Source of the DNA: a virus
DNA length: 64,000 bases
Direction: 5' to 3' (one strand)
IMG/VR virus record: IMGVR_UViG_3300036799_000043
Coordinates: 1-64,000 of that record
The notes beneath the pieces are model-generated. The model made no database searches. It had not been told where the DNA came from and worked only from the letters and a program-made list of their open reading frames with translations. This document shows, one piece after another, positions 10,377-19,232 of this stretch (position 1 is the first letter of the stretch; the number at the start of each line of letters is the position of its first letter). Made by a program: the position numbers and the translations under genes.

Positions 10377-10768
10377 TACTCTGACCTCAGCACCCACTCG
10401 ACGCAGTGCGCAGGTAGTCGACAGTCGCCGTAGCTCGGCCGATACAGCAGCACATCGCCTGCTGACTCGCCAGCGGGGACGTTCTTGTTGTCGTCGCTCG
10501 ACGGTCCTTGCCACGTCGAACCGCTGTCGTCAGCGCGACGAGCGAGCCAGAGCGTGCCGATAGCGAACATGTGTCGAGCGCGCGGGCGCAGGCCCTTCGT
10601 GCTGACAATGCGTACGAGGCCGGCAGTGTCGTATACGCCACGATACTGCGGGAATGGCGCTGTCTCGCGCTGCGCTGTCTCGCGCATGTCGTTGCGAATG
10701 CCAACAGCATCGCGATTGCCGATCTCGCGCAGTGTTGCGTTGATGTGATTGCGTCGTGTGGTTTTCAT
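10376..10768 (-). CDS. Hypothetical protein
   Basis: Coupled ORF in leftward operon. Confidence 0.55.
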   Translation of the reverse strand: MKTTRRNHINATLREIGNRDAVGIRNDMRETAQRETAPFPQYRGVYDTAGLVRIVSTKGLRPRARHMFAIGTLWLARRADDSGSTWQGPSSDDNKNVPAGESAGDVLLYRPSYGDCRLPAHCVEWVLRSE

Positions 10769-10784
10769 TACTTTGTGACCTCTG

Positions 10785-10982
10785 TTACTTGACCACTCGA
10801 TATCGAGTGGTCAAGCTGCTCGCGTTTGACGAGCGAATCCAATCGAGCGCCTCTTGCTTCGTCGCGTAGCCCTCAACGCAGCCGTGGTACTGACTGCTCA
10901 TCAGATCACTGTCCCAAATTTGCCAACGCGTTCCATTCGATGCTGTTTTGCTCAGTCGTACTGGCGTCAATGTCTTTCGCAT
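10785..10982 (-). CDS. Hypothetical protein (near-leaderless)
   Basis: ATG 9 nt after the -10 of the promoter at 10992-11020. Confidence 0.55.
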   Translation of the reverse strand: MRKTLTPVRLSKTASNGTRWQIWDSDLMSSQYHGCVEGYATKQEALDWIRSSNASSLTTRYRVVK

Positions 10983-10991
10983 GTCTCTGAC

Positions 10992-11020
10992 ACTATACAG
11001 CGACGTACACGAGCGCGCAA
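10992..11020 (-). promoter_or_regulatory. Sigma70-type phage promoter
   Basis: TTGCGC-17 nt-(TG)TATAGT on the minus strand. Confidence 0.7.
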
Positions 11021-11043
11021 GTTATTACGCCACTCTGTGACAC

Positions 11044-11757
11044 CTAGTCCGGAGGCGTCTTCGCGCTGTACGGCACGTAGAAGAATCCAGCGATGTTCTG
11101 CGGCAGCGTGTACGTGATCTCGATCAGTCGCGTCGTGAGTGCGGTGAACTGCAGCGCTGCGTTGTCTTCGGTTGGATACTCTGGGTCATAGACGTGCAGC
11201 GTGTAATCGTCACCATTCGCGTCGTAGCCGTAGCAGAGCACTTGGCGATTAGCTTCACCGAGCAAGCGTGGGTCTGCTGTTGTCTGCTCGATAAGACATA
11301 GCTGCACTGGGTTTCCAAGATTGATGTCGCGCACGATGCGCGGTAGCTCGTCGAGCACGAGCACGCTTGCGCGAGAACGTAGCTGCTGCTGTCCGACCGT
11401 GCTGAGTCCAGTTGACTGCGCTACCTCACCGTCGTAACGTGGCACACCGGGACTCATCACCGCGATGATGTGTGCGATTACTGACTGATCGAGCGAGTCA
11501 AGCTGTCGCTCGACGAGATACATGTACAGTGCATCGGAACCACTCGGAGCGGGTCCTGACGTGATCTGCTGCAGCACGCGATAGTAATCTGCACTCGCGA
11601 AGCTCATCCCGCCTGCAAGCGTGCGCGTCACTTGATTCAGGTCTAACTGCGAGCCGTTGTTGAGCGTCAACCGAATCGACGGCGACGGCAGATCGTCAGA
11701 CGAGAATTGGAAGCCATTCGTACTTGGCGTATAGCCGTAGCAGTGTTTGCTGAGCAT
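11044..11757 (-). CDS. Papain-fold (C39-like) protein with substituted catalytic residues
   Basis: 'NGFQFS', 'LAGGMS', 'NRQVLCYGY', 'VYDPEYP' parallel the CGGM / NHQVL / YDPN pattern. Confidence 0.5.
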   Translation of the reverse strand: MLSKHCYGYTPSTNGFQFSSDDLPSPSIRLTLNNGSQLDLNQVTRTLAGGMSFASADYYRVLQQITSGPAPSGSDALYMYLVERQLDSLDQSVIAHIIAVMSPGVPRYDGEVAQSTGLSTVGQQQLRSRASVLVLDELPRIVRDINLGNPVQLCLIEQTTADPRLLGEANRQVLCYGYDANGDDYTLHVYDPEYPTEDNAALQFTALTTRLIEITYTLPQNIAGFFYVPYSAKTPPD

Positions 11758-11777
11758 CCCTCAGATTACACTGTGAC

Positions 11778-12080
11778 ATGCAACCATCAGATCAGACGAG
11801 CTACGTGCCGCGCTGGTTCGTCACGCTCGTGACTGTCGTGCTAGCTGGCCTGGCGGTCATCGCGAACGTCATCACCATGACTGTCGCGAGTGGCTCATGG
11901 CTCGGCCTCAACGATATCCAGTGGCACTGGGTGCTACTCGCGTGTGCGGTGCTCGTTGCGCTCAACGCCGCAGTCAATCGCGCTGTGCTGACACTTCCAC
12001 CGACTGCGCATCGAATACGTATTGAGAATCAGATGTCACTCAGCCAGAAGCGGCTAGAGGCTGATCCACAACTGCGCTAA
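11778..12080 (+). CDS. Small two-TM membrane protein
   Basis: Two hydrophobic helices. Confidence 0.55.
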   Translation: MQPSDQTSYVPRWFVTLVTVVLAGLAVIANVITMTVASGSWLGLNDIQWHWVLLACAVLVALNAAVNRAVLTLPPTAHRIRIENQMSLSQKRLEADPQLR

Positions 12081-12163
12081 ACTGTAGTGTTCCCCAACCC
12101 GAGGCAGTGACGCGCAGTCTCTCCCCCCGAGACACCGCGCGCGCGTCACTGCCATCAAACACA

Positions 12164-12200
12164 CGAAAGCCGCTCTACGCAGGTCGTAGGGCGGCTTTCT
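12164..12200. terminator. Bidirectional terminator-like hairpin
   Basis: gaaagccgctctacg-caggt-cgtagggcggctttc between convergent genes. Confidence 0.65.
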
Positions 12201-12238
12201 ACTTACAGCGGCTCAGTACTCACTGAGCGCTCGACGCG

Positions 12239-13369
12239 TCAGTTGTTGCTGACGCTAAGCAGTTCTCGAATGCTCTGCTTGTCGAGCGCGAAGATTTTGC
12301 CTCCGATCTCCTCAAGCTCGGTGCTGCGGTCGTAGTCGTCGACGCTCTGCGCGACGTACGTGACGGCGTTCGCGAGTCCGCCGAGCGTGTAGCCAGTCGT
12401 CTTTTTCGTTTCGAGACCTTCGAGGAACGTGGTGAGAATCGACTTACCCTCATCGTCGCTCATTCGGAAGCGCTTCGTGACGTTCTCGACGACTTTGAGC
12501 GAGTCGGCGGGATTGATGCGAATGCCTTCGGCCTCTTTCATCTGATCGAGAACCTGACCGAGCATCGCTTCACTCATCGCGTGCGACACGATGTCGCGCA
12601 GTTCGAGCATGAGCGCTTGATCGCGCGCTTTGAGCGTGTCGTCCTTGAAGAAGCGCAACGACAGTTCGTCGTCATTGCCACCGAGACGTGCACCGCTGTG
12701 GTACTTGCGCGAGCCAAAGGCATTGTGCGTCGCGCCGTTCGCGCACCATCGACGGAAGCTCATCGGTACGACGCTGAGCGCGCCCTTGCCAACTTCACTG
12801 TTGCGAATGATTACGCCAGCGCTCACGATGTCGCCAACTTTGACTTCGCCGACGATGCTGTTCGACACGACCTTGATGTACAGGTTGGTGTCGGTGATCT
12901 GCATCGACGAGTGCTCCCAGTCGATGTCTGGCATCTCGCTCAGAATCGGCAGCAGATACGCTGCAATGTCCTCGTTGTCGAGCATGCGATAGCGATCAGA
13001 CAGCAGCGCACGAGCGTTGCCGTCAAGCGTGCGAACGAGACGCCGCTCGTCAGCGGGTCGAGCGCGCAGCAGTGAATTGACGGTCACGTCGAACAGCGGT
13101 GCATCGCTGCGGCGCGGCAGATCGACGGTGATCTCACTCGTGTTGTTGCGCAGTGTGTCGTAGAAGTCAGCGGGGATGCTCAGCCAGCTTGAAAGCTGAC
13201 GATGCGCCATCAGGTTGACAGAGAAGATGCCCGAATCACCGAGTCGCAGATCGGTGTGGCCGTTGCTCGCGACGCTGAGCGAGCGCGACGGGATTGCGTA
13301 GTCTTCTTTGGCTTCGGCCTGCCGAACGATCTCGGCTGTCAGTTGCGGAAGCGTGAGTCCAGATTTCAT
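12239..13369 (-). CDS. DUF932-like phage protein
   Basis: 'RLVRTLDGNARALLSDRYRMLDN', 'VKVGDIVSAGVIIRNSEVGKG...RRWCANG'. Confidence 0.75.
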   Translation of the reverse strand: MKSGLTLPQLTAEIVRQAEAKEDYAIPSRSLSVASNGHTDLRLGDSGIFSVNLMAHRQLSSWLSIPADFYDTLRNNTSEITVDLPRRSDAPLFDVTVNSLLRARPADERRLVRTLDGNARALLSDRYRMLDNEDIAAYLLPILSEMPDIDWEHSSMQITDTNLYIKVVSNSIVGEVKVGDIVSAGVIIRNSEVGKGALSVVPMSFRRWCANGATHNAFGSRKYHSGARLGGNDDELSLRFFKDDTLKARDQALMLELRDIVSHAMSEAMLGQVLDQMKEAEGIRINPADSLKVVENVTKRFRMSDDEGKSILTTFLEGLETKKTTGYTLGGLANAVTYVAQSVDDYDRSTELEEIGGKIFALDKQSIRELLSVSNN

Positions 13370-13577
13370 CCAAAAACCTCCGGCGCAGTTCGCGCCTCGT
13401 CGTGTGTTGTTCGAGTGATACAGAGCCTTCGCCTCACGTTACCCCTAGCTTGATTGCGGCCCACGGACGACTTCGCATCGGGCGCTAGCTTGATTGCTCT
13501 GTATCAACTCGACAGAGCTAATAGTAATGCACTCAGGAGAATGATGCAAGAGAAAGAATCTACGAGTTTTCGTCCAG

Positions 13578-14090
13578 CTACGTTTTGTGACGCAGCAAGT
13601 GACGATCTCGACTGCGACTGCGCAGCATCGTACGCACGCTGTGATCTGCGGTGGCGCCGCATACCCAGCAGCCGCGTCGATAGTCGCGCGACTCGATAGC
13701 GCCCGGCTTCGTCACGTAGTAATGCGGGTTCGTTGGCATCGGCAGAACAGACAGCGGACCACTTAGTTGCTCGCTCACGACAACGCGCAGACCCTCAGTC
13801 TCAAGTGCTTCGACGATCTTCGCGATGTTGCCCTGCCAGTGTAGCCAGAGTGTGCCTTGTATGTCGCCGCTGCGTAGCTCGCCGCTGCCGAAGGCACGCG
13901 AGTCTTGATCGACGTACCAGAACACGTTGGGCGTGTCGTAGTTTTCGACTGGCGAATCCTTGACACTCATACGCGTGACGTAGCCGAGCTTGCGTAGCTT
14001 GCGAAACGCAGCAGCGATGCGCTGTCGATCATTGCGGTGATCGGCTGTGTTGCGCAGCACCATCGGTGCAAGCTCGTCGATGAGCGTCAC
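13578..14090 (-). CDS. Hypothetical protein
   Basis: 'AFRKLRKLGY' and 'LWLHWQG' recurrent phage pattern; coupled operon. Confidence 0.55.
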   Translation of the reverse strand: MTLIDELAPMVLRNTADHRNDRQRIAAAFRKLRKLGYVTRMSVKDSPVENYDTPNVFWYVDQDSRAFGSGELRSGDIQGTLWLHWQGNIAKIVEALETEGLRVVVSEQLSGPLSVLPMPTNPHYYVTKPGAIESRDYRRGCWVCGATADHSVRTMLRSRSRDRHLLRHKT

Positions 14091-14251
14091 TGCAGCAGAA
14101 TGATTGGCTCGTCGTCGCTGAGCATCGCTTGATCTACATCAGTGCATTCGACGCTGTGCATCATGCCGTCTGCTCGCAGATAGACTGGCGTGTCGTCGTC
14201 GTAGTCGCTGAGCATACGTACTAGGTCTGCTTTCGTCATGCTGTTCTCCAT
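14087..14251 (-). CDS. Small hypothetical protein
   Basis: 'MTKADLVRMLSDYDDDTPV' is a common small phage protein pattern. Confidence 0.5.
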   Translation of the reverse strand: MENSMTKADLVRMLSDYDDDTPVYLRADGMMHSVECTDVDQAMLSDDEPIILLQ

Positions 14252-14748
14252 TCCGTGTCGGCGCGCCATGGCTTTGGTAGACGAGCTATCGCAGTGACAA
14301 GCTCGCTGTAGTCAGAGCATTCGAGATCGCAGCGTAGAAGCTCAGGCATAAGCTCACTGTCTGCGCGTAGATAGGGCGCTGGCATCTCATCTGTGCCTTC
14401 GCAGCAGTCGTGATAATGAACGACACCGCCAGAGAAGATAACGACGCGCGAGTCACCTATGGGCAGCATGCAGTCCGAGCAGATCGTGTGACCAAAGCTC
14501 GGGCACTCTCCGGGTGGCAGCGTGTAGCTATCTGGGTAGCCGCCTGCGAGTCGACGCACATCGAACGCGCCTACGTGCTGCTGCGCTGTGTAGCCGCACC
14601 ACGTGCAGTGTGTGTCTGAGTGTGCGTCACATAGGAACACGCTGCCAAGTGTCTTGTCGACGACGGGACACGCGCACACGATGCACTCGCCTATGTAGCG
14701 CGTGCCGTGCTGTGGCAGTTGAACTAAAAAATAGTCTTGCTTCGCCAT
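14236..14748 (-). CDS. Cys-rich (Zn-finger-like) hypothetical protein
   Basis: Several CxxC pairs; downstream of the promoter at about 14773-14786. Confidence 0.5.
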   Translation of the reverse strand: MAKQDYFLVQLPQHGTRYIGECIVCACPVVDKTLGSVFLCDAHSDTHCTWCGYTAQQHVGAFDVRRLAGGYPDSYTLPPGECPSFGHTICSDCMLPIGDSRVVIFSGGVVHYHDCCEGTDEMPAPYLRADSELMPELLRCDLECSDYSELVTAIARLPKPWRADTEWRTA

Positions 14749-14788
14749 GTACCGTCCCTATCGTGTGTAGACACTATACAGCGCTGAG

Positions 14789-14986
14789 TTACGATTCTAG
14801 CTCGTCGAGCGCAATCTCAATCGCTTTGATGCTCGCGCGCGACACTCGCTCGCGCAGTATGCGTAAGCCAACTAGCTCCTGCTCGTCGTCGTCTGACAGC
14901 ATGCCCTCAGAGCGTTCTCGCTCAAGCAAGGTAATGCGCTTCTCGACAAGCTGCTCCGCTGTCTGGTAATCGAGTATGCCGCGCAT
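14789..14986 (-). CDS. Hypothetical protein
   Basis: SD GGAGG before the ATG at 14986. Confidence 0.5.
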   Translation of the reverse strand: MRGILDYQTAEQLVEKRITLLERERSEGMLSDDDEQELVGLRILRERVSRASIKAIEIALDELES

Positions 14987-14999
14987 GCGACCTCCATGC

Positions 15000-15263
15000 T
15001 CAATTCGATAACACGCGATAGTGGTCATGCACGTAACGATCTGGTACGCGCAATTCGCTGTCGACTGCAGCGCGCTCTGTCGCATCACACTCTGATACGA
15101 AGATGTCGAATGCACCACATCTCGGGCATGCGTACGCGACAACATCATCCTTCGCGCTTCTGATGCACACTGTGTCGCATTCGCCACAATGGGTGTGAGG
15201 ACCATCGTGGCCCACACACCCATTGCAGTATCGAACGTTTGTGATCGTGACTACGAGTCTCAC
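15000..15263 (-). CDS. Small Zn-ribbon protein
   Basis: Three CxxC motifs. Confidence 0.45.
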   Translation of the reverse strand: MRLVVTITNVRYCNGCVGHDGPHTHCGECDTVCIRSAKDDVVAYACPRCGAFDIFVSECDATERAAVDSELRVPDRYVHDHYRVLSN

Positions 15264-15265
15264 GC

Positions 15266-16465
15266 TTAGTCGGCGAGCGCCGCCTTCGCAGCTTCGAGCG
15301 AGTCGTAGTTGTCAGTGCCGATGCGCCATCGGTACTCGACACCCTTGGCGCTGACGTACACGTCGACGTTCTTGCCTTCGCTGTAGATCAGCGCGTAGTG
15401 CTTGTCACCGCTCCACGTGACTGTCGCGCGCTCTTGTGCGGCGAGATCGCTTGAGAAAGCAGTCCATGCTTCCTCGGGCGCTTTCTCGTCGCTCGGATGC
15501 ACGACTGACGGCGTGTCGTCGACGACTGGCTCAACAACCTTGACGCTCGCGTCGAGCGCTACTGGCTGCTCGACTTTCGGCTTGCGACCACGTGTCTTCG
15601 GGGCAGCAGGCTCTGGCGTCGGCTCGGGGTGCGACAGCTTGAACGCGCAGTCCTTGCAGAACAGTTCTGGTGAGCGCAGATACAGCTTGCCAGGGCGTAC
15701 GTTCGGCATCGGCGCTGCGCGCTCGTGAAGCTCGCACACGACGAGCGCCTTTGCGCCGGCAGCCTGCTCGCTCAGTACAACGCCGAGCTTGTCGGCGGGC
15801 AAATGCTCCAGATCGATGATCGAGATCATTGCACCAGTCTTGCGCGCTTTCGAGCGATAACGCACCGTGCCGGTTTTCGCGTGATCGATCTCGAACTTCT
15901 CCATGTCTGGCAGTTTGTCGACGCTCGCGATCAGACCGGTCTGGCTGATGTCGGGCACGCGGTGATCGGGCAGCATCTTGACTGCCTTGAGCGGCGTGCG
16001 ACCTTCGTCAGGCACGAAAACACCGTCTGGAGGCGTCTCAACAGTTGCCTGTTGCTCAACGTGCGCCTCTTGCTTCTGTTCGTCGACGCTCGCCTCAGGC
16101 GTCGCAGCAGGCTCTGGGCTCTGCGTCTCGTCAACAACGTCTTGTGGTTCGTCCACATTGGGGCGATCTTCGACTGCGGTGCCAGCCGGGAAAGCTACGT
16201 CGAGCTTGTCGGTCACGACTTTGGTCCTCGCTTCTGGGATGTCGCTCTGTGCGATCACAGAGCGCAAAGCGCTCGCGGCGCTCGCGTCGAGCAACAGCGT
16301 GCGCGAGTGGCCCTTGTAGTTCTTGCTGTTCTCGATTGTATTCGAGAGTGCCAGCATCTCATTGCTGTCGCCGGTTTCGCGCAGCGTGCCAAGGGTCGTG
16401 AGCACTGCGTCGAGCACTGCGTTCGCGACGTTGATTGGCGTCGCATTGGAAGTAGCCGTAGTCAT
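15266..16465 (-). CDS. Hypothetical protein with acidic/Pro-rich linkers
   Basis: Long ORF; ATG 16465 coupled via TGATG; preceded by ACACGAC box and GGAG. Confidence 0.65.
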   Translation of the reverse strand: MTTATSNATPINVANAVLDAVLTTLGTLRETGDSNEMLALSNTIENSKNYKGHSRTLLLDASAASALRSVIAQSDIPEARTKVVTDKLDVAFPAGTAVEDRPNVDEPQDVVDETQSPEPAATPEASVDEQKQEAHVEQQATVETPPDGVFVPDEGRTPLKAVKMLPDHRVPDISQTGLIASVDKLPDMEKFEIDHAKTGTVRYRSKARKTGAMISIIDLEHLPADKLGVVLSEQAAGAKALVVCELHERAAPMPNVRPGKLYLRSPELFCKDCAFKLSHPEPTPEPAAPKTRGRKPKVEQPVALDASVKVVEPVVDDTPSVVHPSDEKAPEEAWTAFSSDLAAQERATVTWSGDKHYALIYSEGKNVDVYVSAKGVEYRWRIGTDNYDSLEAAKAALAD

Positions 16466-16815
16466 CAGTTTGTCTCCGTCGTGTGTGTGGTTTGCGCCTG
16501 TAGAATGCGCTGGCGCGTCGCGCACGTATCGACGTGTCGATTGAACGCGAACTCGGCAGTCTTGCGAGCATGACTACGAGCACGTGAGCCAGTAGCGCCC
16601 TTGATCTCAAACTCCTCGTTGCAGGATGGGCACACGCGAGTACCTTGCGTCAGACGAGGGCGCTCGCCAGTCTCACGCTGATACTCGCGCTTGTGGAATA
16701 CACACAAAGACTTATTCGCGCCAGGAACGAAGCTAAGGGCAGTGAACACAGCGCAGTCGCGCTTGCTCTCTGTCTCGTGCTCGCAGCTTGCTCGTCGAGT
16801 CGATGTGCTTTCCAT
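16465..16815 (-). CDS. Zn-finger-like hypothetical protein
   Basis: CPSC and H..TC motifs; follows the promoter at 16826-16854. Confidence 0.5.
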   Translation of the reverse strand: MESTSTRRASCEHETESKRDCAVFTALSFVPGANKSLCVFHKREYQRETGERPRLTQGTRVCPSCNEEFEIKGATGSRARSHARKTAEFAFNRHVDTCATRQRILQAQTTHTTETN

Positions 16816-16825
16816 GACAAGACTG

Positions 16826-16854
16826 ACTATACAGCACTGCATCGCATGGTGCAA
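16826..16854 (-). promoter_or_regulatory. Sigma70-type phage promoter with CAGTGCTG
   Basis: TTGCAC-17 nt ending CAGTGCTG-TATAGT. Confidence 0.7.
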
Positions 16855-16893
16855 GTGTTTTTGGCGCGAGTCCTAGACGAGTCCTAGGATTCG

Positions 16894-17526
16894 TCAGTTC
16901 AACGTTTTGACGCGCTCAAGAACAGAGATGCAGCTTGGTGTCGTTTTGTGCATCGCGAGCGCGTAGTCAATCGCGCGCCACGTACCACCCTTGTACTTAC
17001 CCATCTCGTATAGCGACATGAACGGCCATGCGTAGAACCAGTCGCACAAATTGACCATGCGCTCATTGCGGTGCTGATAGGTCGTGAAGTCTGGCATCTG
17101 CTCGAACGTGTCGCAACAATTCTGCCAGTCCGGGTCGACCTGCTTGTGATCTGCAGGCAAGACGGTGTGCACCCTGACCTGCTTGCGTAAGGCGGACTGA
17201 AAACCCCAGCGTGCAGCGTACGCGTCAAGACCGACCGCACCGCCAGTGATGAGCACAATGCCTCGATGTCGAGCGATGAGCGTTTCGAGCACACCACCGA
17301 CAAGCTCGCGATGCTTGCTTATCTCGAACTTACGCGCACCGCTGACAGCGATTCGCACATGCGGGAAGGGCAAGTCTGTTCCAGCTAGCTTCTCTGTGTC
17401 GACCTGCGCATCAGTCCAGCCAGTCGTCGAGTCTGCTGCGACGTGATATGTGCTGTCGTGCTGATCGCGCAGCACACACTGCCAGCGTCGACTGGGATGC
17501 AGCGATGCGCAGCGCGGGCTACTCAT
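16894..17526 (-). CDS. SLOG-superfamily (YspA/DprA-like) nucleotide-binding protein
   Basis: 'RIAVSGAR', 'LITGGAVGLD', 'RNERMVN', 'GGTW..I.YA'. Confidence 0.75.
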   Translation of the reverse strand: MSSPRCASLHPSRRWQCVLRDQHDSTYHVAADSTTGWTDAQVDTEKLAGTDLPFPHVRIAVSGARKFEISKHRELVGGVLETLIARHRGIVLITGGAVGLDAYAARWGFQSALRKQVRVHTVLPADHKQVDPDWQNCCDTFEQMPDFTTYQHRNERMVNLCDWFYAWPFMSLYEMGKYKGGTWRAIDYALAMHKTTPSCISVLERVKTLN

Positions 17527-18226
17527 CGTCGCGCTCTGCTGCGAGTGTGAGCGGTGCAGGCTCACTCGTGAGCGACACACCAGCAAGTCGAGCGTTCCTG
17601 TCGAGCCATGCAGCGAGATCGGCCTTTGCTTCGTCGAGTGAATTCTCCATGTCATCCTCGAATCTCTCAGCTATCCATGGAATGTTGCTGAGTAGCTCTT
17701 GTTTGAGTGAGACGACGCTGCGCAGCAGTTCCTCGCCGCGACCTTTGCGCAATGCGCCATCGTGCATAGCTGCGCCAATCTCGCGCTGTAGCGAGCGTAG
17801 GGTAGACATCGCGCGTGTCGTGCGCTGAGCCATGTCAGTGCGGAACTTGTCACTGCTGCGCGGTGGTAGCGGCGGACGTGGGATGCGACTGTGCTCGTCG
17901 CGCTCGACAACGAACTCATTCGGCAAGTAGCGAATGGTGCATGGCACACCATCACCGATATTTGGCTGCGTCAACAGTCGACCAAACTGCGCTTCGCTCA
18001 TCTCGATCTCGATCAGCACGTCAGCAGTGCTGTACACGCGGTCGTCTGTCAGATCGCGCTGTACGAACGCGCGTCGAATGCTGATGCCCAACACCGTGTG
18101 GTGACGCGTCTGACTGCCGAACAGGGTCAGGCCATCGCCACCAGCGGTAGCTCGACTGACACCGATCATGCCGAAGGATGGGTGGTCAGCGCGCGGGTAG
18201 TCATGCTTCACGCGGTGCATTCCCAT
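17519..18226 (-). CDS. Conserved hypothetical phage protein
   Basis: 'HPSFGMI..SR', 'LFGS', 'IEIEMSEAQF', 'GDGVPCTI'. Confidence 0.65.
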   Translation of the reverse strand: MGMHRVKHDYPRADHPSFGMIGVSRATAGGDGLTLFGSQTRHHTVLGISIRRAFVQRDLTDDRVYSTADVLIEIEMSEAQFGRLLTQPNIGDGVPCTIRYLPNEFVVERDEHSRIPRPPLPPRSSDKFRTDMAQRTTRAMSTLRSLQREIGAAMHDGALRKGRGEELLRSVVSLKQELLSNIPWIAERFEDDMENSLDEAKADLAAWLDRNARLAGVSLTSEPAPLTLAAERDDE

Positions 18227-18395
18227 CGTCGAGGTAGTACTCGTCGTGATTCATGTTGCGCAGTGCGCCACTGACCATCATCTGATGCGCACGTGACGTT
18301 GGCTCGCACGAGCACTCCCAGCTATCGGTGATCGTGCGCACAGGCGTCTCCTCGTCTCTGTCGCGCAGCGTGCGCACATAATTGACCCACGTCAT
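18201..18395 (-). CDS. Hypothetical protein
   Basis: Fills the operon. Confidence 0.4.
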   Translation of the reverse strand: MTWVNYVRTLRDRDEETPVRTITDSWECSCEPTSRAHQMMVSGALRNMNHDEYYLDDGNAPREA

Positions 18396-18643
18396 TTTCG
18401 GAAACTCGCGCGTCGCTCATTACGCTCTTTTGCTTCGCGTTCGAGCTTCTCTATCTCGCCGCTCAGTTCGGTGCGGTATCGGCCTGAGACACCAGTTTTA
18501 TCGTCTGGTGTCTCAGTGAGCATTTTCTTGAGCGCGTCGATGTGGATACGTGAGTGGTTGTGCGCATCACGGCCCATGCCGTTATTCGTCGTGCGCTTGC
18601 CACATATGCTGCAGCTTCGATGTTGATAGCTACGTGCCATCAA
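18392..18643 (-). CDS. C2H2-like Zn-finger hypothetical protein
   Basis: CSIC...H...H. Confidence 0.5.
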   Translation of the reverse strand: MMARSYQHRSCSICGKRTTNNGMGRDAHNHSRIHIDALKKMLTETPDDKTGVSGRYRTELSGEIEKLEREAKERNERRASFRK

Positions 18644-19232
18644 TCCTCCAGTAGTCGTCGTCTGTTGCTTCGCGTGTCAGCGTGTACGCTGCTGGGTCGC
18701 GCAGCACTTCGTACTCCCAGTGGCCGATGATGCGACGCGCTTCGTCATGCTGCAGTGGCATGACATGCCTGTCTCCATCAACAGTCATCGACGCTGACGC
18801 GATGCCGATATTGATGTGTATGACAGTACCCATCGGTCGCGTGAAAGTGACGCGCTCAGCCTTAGGCTCGTGCTTCTCTTGCCATGAGCGCATACGCGAC
18901 TGTTCGAGCACCTTGCGCGCGTCACGGATGGCTGCAGATTTCATGTCGACTTCGGCTTGAGCTTTGGCCAACACCTTCTCGATTGCTTCCTCAGGCGTCG
19001 ATGCACTTTCAGCCCAGATGCCACCGCCCTTGTAGCGTGGGTGTTCTTCACCCAGGAACGCTGAGAAGCTCGGTGGATGGCCATAGCTTTCATGAAAGTG
19101 AACAAACAACCCATCGGTCAGTTCCGCGCTAGCGTAGAAGCCCAGGTTTTCGTTGACGTGTGGCCTCCAGCCAGCACCGAGTCGAGCGGCGAGCTTGTTG
19201 GCGATCTGCTGAGCTTGCTCGTGTGTTTTCAT
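18630..19232 (-). CDS. Hypothetical protein
   Basis: Coupled ORF (ATGA overlap). Confidence 0.6.
   Translation of the reverse strand: MKTHEQAQQIANKLAARLGAGWRPHVNENLGFYASAELTDGLFVHFHESYGHPPSFSAFLGEEHPRYKGGGIWAESASTPEEAIEKVLAKAQAEVDMKSAAIRDARKVLEQSRMRSWQEKHEPKAERVTFTRPMGTVIHINIGIASASMTVDGDRHVMPLQHDEARRIIGHWEYEVLRDPAAYTLTREATDDDYWRIDGT

Noticed and set aside
13445-13497. Mini CRISPR array (13-bp repeat, 27-nt spacer)
   Set aside because: Only two short copies, no cas genes; better explained as part of a structured leader
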